Positions 58,903-64,000 of a stretch of 64,000 nucleotides of DNA are shown piece by piece. Below the pieces are notes generated by a model that searched no databases, was not told the DNA's origin, and was given only the letters and a program-made list of their open reading frames with translations. The translations under genes and the position numbers were made by a program. This DNA comes from Planctomycetota bacterium (GTDB lineage: Bacteria > Planctomycetota > UBA1135 > UBA2386): positions 3,776,001 through 3,840,000 of the forward strand of contig OZ245006.1 of NCBI GenBank assembly GCA_965223545.1, in the 5' to 3' direction. The number at the start of each line of letters is the position of its first letter. The first letter of the stretch is position 1.

Positions 58903-59024
58903 GGCAAGGAGCAACCGGCACCGGCCGCCGCCTGCAGCCATTCGTTGTGTGCAAGTCTATGCTGGCACAACGCCTTGTCGTGCGCTACGGTCTCCACAAC
59001 ACAACATCCGGAGGAACCAACCGC

Positions 59025-60428
59025 ATGGCCTACGTCCGCAAGCGCGGCAATCAGCTCGCGATCGTCCACGGGACGCGTGACCCCCAAAATGGCAAGGTCG
59101 AGCAACACGTCCTATACACCCTCTACTCCAAGCCAGAGGCCCTCGAGATCTTGGGCCGTGGCCGGCCCGAGAGTCCTGTCCAGTTCACGAGCTCTCTCGA
59201 GGAGCAACACCCCGATGTCCACTTCGATTGGGACAAGATCCGAGCGGCGATCGAGAAGGGCCTGGACACGTTGCCCCCCACCTACGACTACGTGGGGACC
59301 CGGTTACGCGAGCACTTCCGCCCCGAGCTGAGGCGCTTCGCGCGCCGGCTGATTGAGACCGATCCGCAATGGCTCACCTCGTCTTGGGAGCTGATCGAAG
59401 AGCACCGGCAAGAGCTCGAGTTCATCCGCGATCTCATCGACTGGCGGCTGAAGATCGAGAGGCCTACCCCCACTGCGGCCGAGTGGATGGCGGACAACCC
59501 TTTTTGCTGGCGCTATGCGATGTCGGGTCGCGAGGGGCCGTCCGAAGCTGAGGACTTCGCGAGGCGCTACTACGAAGAGGGCGACCTCGACAAAGCCGAG
59601 GTGGTGTTCTCGATGTTGACCGAGATGTTCGACGGCTACGCTGAAGGCTACAACTACCTCGGCCTGATCGCGTTCGATCGAGAGGACTCCGCGCTGGCGA
59701 TCAAACGCTTCCAAAAGGGCATCGAGCTGGGCCGCAAGCTGTTTCCGAAGCGTGTGGCGAAAGACAGGTGGTGGAGCGACCATGCGACCCGTCCCTACAT
59801 GCGCGGGCTGAGCAACCTGGCTCTGACCTACAACCACGCCGGACTGCACGAGAAGGCACTCGAGATCTGCGAACGACTGAAGAACGAGTGCCACGACGAC
59901 ATTCGGGCGGCCACGCACGAAGCTGCGGCCCGTCTGTCGACCGGCGATTGGCAGGGTGCGTTGGATGCCGCGCTGCACATCCACCAGCTCTGTCCGGAAG
60001 AGAGTCTGACGGCTGCTCTGGCAGCGCACGAGCTTGCTCGTGTTCACGAAGCGCGTGTCTGGTTCCTCCACGCGACGATGAACAGGCCGCGCACGGTCGC
60101 GATGATCCTGGACGAGCCCATGCCGCGACCGAAGGGCAACGAGGAAGTGACCGATCACGACGGTGGAGTCGCGATGCACGGCTCGATCGGGGGGTACTTC
60201 GAGCGCCGGCGCCCGACATCGCAGCGGTTCTTCGCGAGTCTCTGGTCCGCGGTCACGGATCTGCGCGTCGAGCTCGAGGCCACGAGACGCCGGTGGGAGA
60301 AGGACCGGACCGGCGAGGATCGTGCGGCGTTCGATCGGATCCAAGAGATGTGTTCCCTCGAGTTCGCGACGCGGCACTGGTCGGCTGCCAGTCGCCACGC
60401 ACCGAGTGACAACGGTCATGGCGTGTAG
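59025..60428 (+). CDS. TPR-containing hypothetical protein
   Basis: GGAGG RBS; YEEGDLDKAE...YAEGYNYLGLIA and YMRGLSNLALTY are TPR-like helices. Confidence 0.75.
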   Translation: MAYVRKRGNQLAIVHGTRDPQNGKVEQHVLYTLYSKPEALEILGRGRPESPVQFTSSLEEQHPDVHFDWDKIRAAIEKGLDTLPPTYDYVGTRLREHFRPELRRFARRLIETDPQWLTSSWELIEEHRQELEFIRDLIDWRLKIERPTPTAAEWMADNPFCWRYAMSGREGPSEAEDFARRYYEEGDLDKAEVVFSMLTEMFDGYAEGYNYLGLIAFDREDSALAIKRFQKGIELGRKLFPKRVAKDRWWSDHATRPYMRGLSNLALTYNHAGLHEKALEICERLKNECHDDIRAATHEAAARLSTGDWQGALDAALHIHQLCPEESLTAALAAHELARVHEARVWFLHATMNRPRTVAMILDEPMPRPKGNEEVTDHDGGVAMHGSIGGYFERRRPTSQRFFASLWSAVTDLRVELEATRRRWEKDRTGEDRAAFDRIQEMCSLEFATRHWSAASRHAPSDNGHGV

Positions 60429-60523
60429 ATCTGTGGATCCACGCCGCGCGCCTCGACGGTGGACCGACTCCGGCGCGTCGACGACTGGCGAGCGCGAGCG
60501 AGTCCGCTGGACGCTCCCGGACA

Positions 60524-60558
60524 TTGCACAAATCTAAACTCTGGGTTAATATTTGTGC
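60524..60558 (+). promoter_or_regulatory. abiE promoter with overlapping inverted repeat
   Basis: TTGCAC-17 nt-TAATAT; arms gcacaaatctaaac and gttaatatttgtgc; ATG 7 nt after the -10 element. Confidence 0.7.
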
Positions 60559-60559
60559 G

Positions 60560-61147
60560 ATGGTCACCATGGACAACTCGGTGCGCGCCCCCGATTGGGA
60601 TGCGCTCTACGCCACGGCGGCGACCCAGGCAGGGCACTTCACGTTGGCCCAGGCGCAAGGGTGCGGCTACTCGTCCCAGCTTCTCCACAAGCACCTCACC
60701 GCCAAGCGTATCGAGCGCGTCCGTCGCGGCATCTACCGCCTCGCCCACTTTCCCATGAACGAGCACGAAGAGCTCGTCGTGCTGTGGCTCTGGTCGGATC
60801 GCCGGGGTGTGTTCTCGCACGAGACATCGCTCGCGCTGCAGGATCTGTCGGACACGCTTCCCGCGCTCGTGCACATGACGGTACCGGTCGACTGGCGAGC
60901 GAGGCGCATGCGGATTCCCGACGGGCTGATCCTCCACTACGCGGATCTCGCCGAGGAAGACCGCACCTGGTTCGACGCGGTGCCGGTGACCGCCCCGCAC
61001 CGAGTGATCGCGGAGTGCATCGACGCTCGCGTGCCGCCCGACTGGGTCGAGCAGGCCCTCCACCAGGCGCGAGACCGCGGCCTTCTGTCCAAACGAGAAG
61101 CTGCACGCCTCTGCAGGCAACTCGAGCAGTCATCGCACACCCCGTGA
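60560..61147 (+). CDS. abiEi: Type IV toxin-antitoxin antitoxin, AbiEi family
   Basis: Motifs ATQAGHFTLAQA, IERVRRGIYRL, VFSHETSL, HMTVP and VPVTAPHRVIAEC. Confidence 0.85.
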   Translation: MVTMDNSVRAPDWDALYATAATQAGHFTLAQAQGCGYSSQLLHKHLTAKRIERVRRGIYRLAHFPMNEHEELVVLWLWSDRRGVFSHETSLALQDLSDTLPALVHMTVPVDWRARRMRIPDGLILHYADLAEEDRTWFDAVPVTAPHRVIAECIDARVPPDWVEQALHQARDRGLLSKREAARLCRQLEQSSHTP

Positions 61148-62043
61148 ACTCTCGGCGCTACGAGACCCCCACAGCTTTCAAGCAGGCACTCGAGCAGCGG
61201 CTGCGATCGGCTTCGACGTCAGGAGTCGACTTCTCGCGCCGCCGGCAACTCGTTGTCTTCGACCGGTTCCTCGCGCGTGTGACACAGCAAGCCCGCGATC
61301 CGGTCATCCTCAAGGGCGGACTCGCGCTCGAGCTTCGCCTCGCCCGTGCCCGCACGACCAAAGACGTCGACCTCCGGATGACGGGGACGCTATCCGCGCT
61401 GCTCGAGCGTCTGCAGGCGGCCGGCCGCTCCGACCTGGGAGACTTCATGCGCTTCGAAGTGCAACGCGATCGCCGCCAACCGGAGATCCTGGGCCAGGGC
61501 ATGAAGTATGCGGGTCATCGCTTCGTCACGGAGTGCCGACTCGCCGGTAAGGTCTACGGTCGCCCGTTCGGCGTGGATGTCGCATTTGGGGATCCGCTGG
61601 TGGGTGAGCCCGACGAGATTCTCGGCGATGACATGCTCGGTTTCGCCGGCATCGAGCCCGTGAGCCTTCGGCTCTATCCCATCGCCTCCCACGTCGCCGA
61701 GAAGCTACATGCCTACACGATGCCACGCGCGCGTCCCAACTCGCGGATCAAGGACCTGCCCGACATCGCGCTGCTGGCCAGCGCCGGCGAGATCGAGGCC
61801 ACTACGCTGCGAACCGCGCTCGAGAAGACGTTCGAGTTCCGGGCCACGCACGCGCTCCCCGATGACGTGCCGCTGCCGCCGGCAACCTGGCAGGCGCCGT
61901 ACGAGGCGATGATGACGTCGAATCAGCTGGCGTGGCGTACCCTGGACGAGCTCGTTTCTGCGGTTCGCGCATTCCTCGAACCCGTGTTGTCGAAGGGGCA
62001 CCTTCGAGGCGCCTGGAATCCCGCCGGCTGGAACTGGGCATGA
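61144..62043 (+). CDS. abiEii: AbiEii-family nucleotidyltransferase toxin
   Basis: Motifs ILKGGLAL, RTTKDVD, VDVAFGD, AEKLHAY and NSRIKDLPD; GTGA overlap with the antitoxin gene. Confidence 0.88.
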   Translation: MNSRRYETPTAFKQALEQRLRSASTSGVDFSRRRQLVVFDRFLARVTQQARDPVILKGGLALELRLARARTTKDVDLRMTGTLSALLERLQAAGRSDLGDFMRFEVQRDRRQPEILGQGMKYAGHRFVTECRLAGKVYGRPFGVDVAFGDPLVGEPDEILGDDMLGFAGIEPVSLRLYPIASHVAEKLHAYTMPRARPNSRIKDLPDIALLASAGEIEATTLRTALEKTFEFRATHALPDDVPLPPATWQAPYEAMMTSNQLAWRTLDELVSAVRAFLEPVLSKGHLRGAWNPAGWNWA

Positions 62044-62185
62044 GATCGAACGCGCCGACATCGGTGTCCGGAGAGGTCAAGACATGCCCACAACTTGGAC
62101 AAGCTGGAGGACAAGCCTGCTGTGACTCGCCGCGCAGGCCCTTGTCGGAACCGAGTTTGTGCTCTGGCGCGCCGGCGTTCCCAAA

Positions 62186-62575
62186 CAAGACAGAGGAGAG
62201 TGACTGGGAGGCTTTCCTGGGCTTCGTCGGCGCTCAGGGTTTCCGTATCAGCTATTCACGCGACAACGAACCAGCCGTTCTCCCCGCACGTGTCGCAGAC
62301 ATCCTGGATGATCGCACTTGTGGGCACTGCTTGAAGATCGACGCCGGCGGCGTCGCGCTGCATCGTCACTTCTTCACTTCCGAAGAGATCGAGCTGGACT
62401 CGATCCCAAGGAGGTCGACTCTCAGGCGCGGTTGGACGTCTTGGTCGATCTAATTCGTGGTCTGGGGGCTGCTCTCCACAAGAACGTGATCCTCACGGCA
62501 CACAGCGATCCGGAGTACGTTTGGCTCGAGTATCGCTCTGACAGTGGTCAGATCTCACTCACGCGAACCGCGTAG
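62186..62575 (+). pseudogene. Frameshifted hypothetical gene
   Basis: HFFTSEEIELD in one frame continues as LDPKEVDSQARLDVLVDLIRGLGAALHKNVILT in another, with the shift near 62400; no clear start. Confidence 0.55.
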
Positions 62576-62616
62576 TTCGATCCGAGGGCGTTAGTACGCA
62601 GCTCTCATTTCGTCCC

Positions 62617-63951
62617 TCAGCCCGGCCTGCGCGCCGCGGCAATCGCGCGCGCGCGGGCCTCGTGTAACGCGCGGCGCAGCGCGGGCACGTCGCCCGCGTG
62701 CGCACGCGCCAGCGCGGCGGCGTCGACGCCGACGCAGACCTCGCGCAGCCAGCGCACGTCGCGCGCGACGCGCTCCGCCACCACTTCGCCCTCCGCTTCG
62801 AGACCCAGCCGCCCGCCCGAGTCGGCACCGACCGCCAACGCGCAGAGCTCGACCGGGAAGTCGGCGGCGCGAAACTCGCGCTCGTACATCTTGGCGAGCG
62901 TGCCCGGCCGCAAGGCGTCGAAGCGCCGTAGCTCCAAGTGCAACCGGCACACCGTCAATGCCAACCGCCGCGCGCGCGCGTCGGCAAGGCCCGGGACGCG
63001 CTGCAAGAAACGCTCGATCAACGGCACACCCGCATTCTCGTGGCCGCGGTGGGCCGGGAGCTCGGGCGCCGGCGTCGCCGATTTGCCGAGGTCGTGCAAC
63101 AGCACCGCCAACCGCACCGCCAGCCGATCGGCCTCGGGCAGCGTCCGCGAACGCTCTTCGATCCACTCCGAGCAGAGCACCACGTGCAGCGCCTGGCCGA
63201 TCTCCGGGTGGTGCCGCACCGGGCCCGCGGGGCGGCCGTCGAACTGCGCGGCGAGCTCCGGCAGGACCTCGGCCAGCACGCCGGCCTCGAACAGCTCGAC
63301 GAAGAAGCGCCCCGGCGAGCGACACTCCAGCAGCGCCGAGCGGACCTCGGCCGCCAGCGCTTCCGGCGGAATCCGCCGCAGCTGATCCCCGTCGACCGGC
63401 AGCTTGCGCACCCGGGGATCCAACGCAAAGTCCCAACTGTGCGCGCGGCGGTAGTAGCGCAGCCAACGCACCGGGTGCTCGGCGATGCGCGCCGCCGGCT
63501 CCCCCACCGCGCGCACCACGCGTGCGCGCCAGTCCTCGAGACCACCCGCTGGATCGACGATGCGATCCTCGGCCAGCAACCACAAGATCGCGCCCACGGT
63601 CATGTCGCGGCCGCCGGCATCGGCGACCAACCGGTCGTGCAGCGATGCCGTCGGATCGCCGTCGCGCAGCGAGGTGATCTCGATGCGGCGTCCGTCCAAC
63701 TTCAACGCGAGCGTGCCGCGCGCCCTGTTCGCCGCGGTCGTCGGCTGCAGTACCCCGTGCCGGCGCAACAAGGCCTCGCCGTCATCGACCGCCGGCGCCC
63801 ACGACAGGTCGAGGTCGTGCACCTCGGGACCGTGCAATCCCGCCCGCCGGCACGCTTCGGCCAGCGCCGTCGAGCCGACGACGCACACCCCCAACGACGG
63901 CTCCAAGAGCCATGGTGCGGAGCCGCGCAACCACTCTGCGACGCCGTGCAT
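62617..63951 (-). CDS. Divergent class II tRNA nucleotidyltransferase (CCA-like) with HD domain
   Basis: DLD, EITSLR, RDMTV, IVDPAGGLED, HPEI...LH and LLHDLGK...HRGHE resemble multifunctional Cca; several motifs deviate from consensus. Confidence 0.8.
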   Translation of the reverse strand: MHGVAEWLRGSAPWLLEPSLGVCVVGSTALAEACRRAGLHGPEVHDLDLSWAPAVDDGEALLRRHGVLQPTTAANRARGTLALKLDGRRIEITSLRDGDPTASLHDRLVADAGGRDMTVGAILWLLAEDRIVDPAGGLEDWRARVVRAVGEPAARIAEHPVRWLRYYRRAHSWDFALDPRVRKLPVDGDQLRRIPPEALAAEVRSALLECRSPGRFFVELFEAGVLAEVLPELAAQFDGRPAGPVRHHPEIGQALHVVLCSEWIEERSRTLPEADRLAVRLAVLLHDLGKSATPAPELPAHRGHENAGVPLIERFLQRVPGLADARARRLALTVCRLHLELRRFDALRPGTLAKMYEREFRAADFPVELCALAVGADSGGRLGLEAEGEVVAERVARDVRWLREVCVGVDAAALARAHAGDVPALRRALHEARARAIAAARRPG

Positions 63952-63963
63952 CGGTGCGCGACC

Positions 63964-64000
63964 CTACAGCAAGACGGCGGCGACGTAGGCGCCGTAGAGC
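63964..64000 (-). CDS. 3' end of an upstream membrane protein (runs off the window)
   Basis: LYGAYVAAVLL followed by TAG at 63964-63966. Confidence 0.4.
   Translation of the reverse strand, partial: LYGAYVAAVLL

Larger units (their letters stand above)
54916..62600. mobile_element. Decayed tRNA-Arg-associated genomic island (right boundary approximate)
   Basis: tRNA 3' half, integrase remnant, phage DUF5131 remnant, transposase remnant and a TA system; visibly less GC-biased sequence. Confidence 0.7.

Noticed and set aside
62575..62593. gttcgatccgagggcgtta as a degenerate second att copy
   Set aside because: The resemblance to gttcgaatcctgtcgggcgta is short and gapped. The position fits an island end, but the match is too weak to call.
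63961..63966. TAGGGT as the -10 element of the cca-like gene
   Set aside because: Its TAG is the stop codon of the upstream ORF, so co-transcription explains it equally well.

Overview
A 64-kb, very GC-rich bacterial window. Planctomycetota is my inference, from the ECF sigma/Ser-Thr kinase pair, the sulfatases and the many secreted FG-GAP, Kelch and CarboxypepD_reg proteins. Core genes are a partial zwf, nadA, topA, a PLP-dependent Ser/Thr dehydratase, pepP and a divergent cca-like gene. They are mixed with secreted and cell-envelope genes: GT-C and GT4 glycosyltransferases, two sulfatases, tandem S9 peptidases, TraB/GumN, patatin and an LCAT-like lipoprotein. There are two mobile regions. 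One is a complete IS66-family element (11828-15356, 21-bp TIRs, 8-bp TSD) with a DUF4338/DruA-like ORF between tnpB and tnpC. The other is a decayed island next to a tRNA-Arg(CCT) 3' half (about 54916-62600) that keeps an AlbA_2/Schlafen-type gene, a TPR gene and an AbiEi/AbiEii toxin-antitoxin pair. The strongest leads are: (1) a secreted CarboxypepD_reg-like protein with an in-frame TGA in a U-x-x-C-x-x-x-C motif followed by a SECIS-like hairpin (candidate selenoprotein); (2) a C-terminal domain shared by seven unrelated secreted proteins (candidate sorting domain), with a stand-alone mini-secretin nearby; (3) the DUF4338-loaded IS66; (4) a GH63-like protein and a CCA-like enzyme that both appear to have lost key motif residues; (5) a duplicated AbiE operator-like palindrome. 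All family calls come from motif recognition by eye; no database searches were run.
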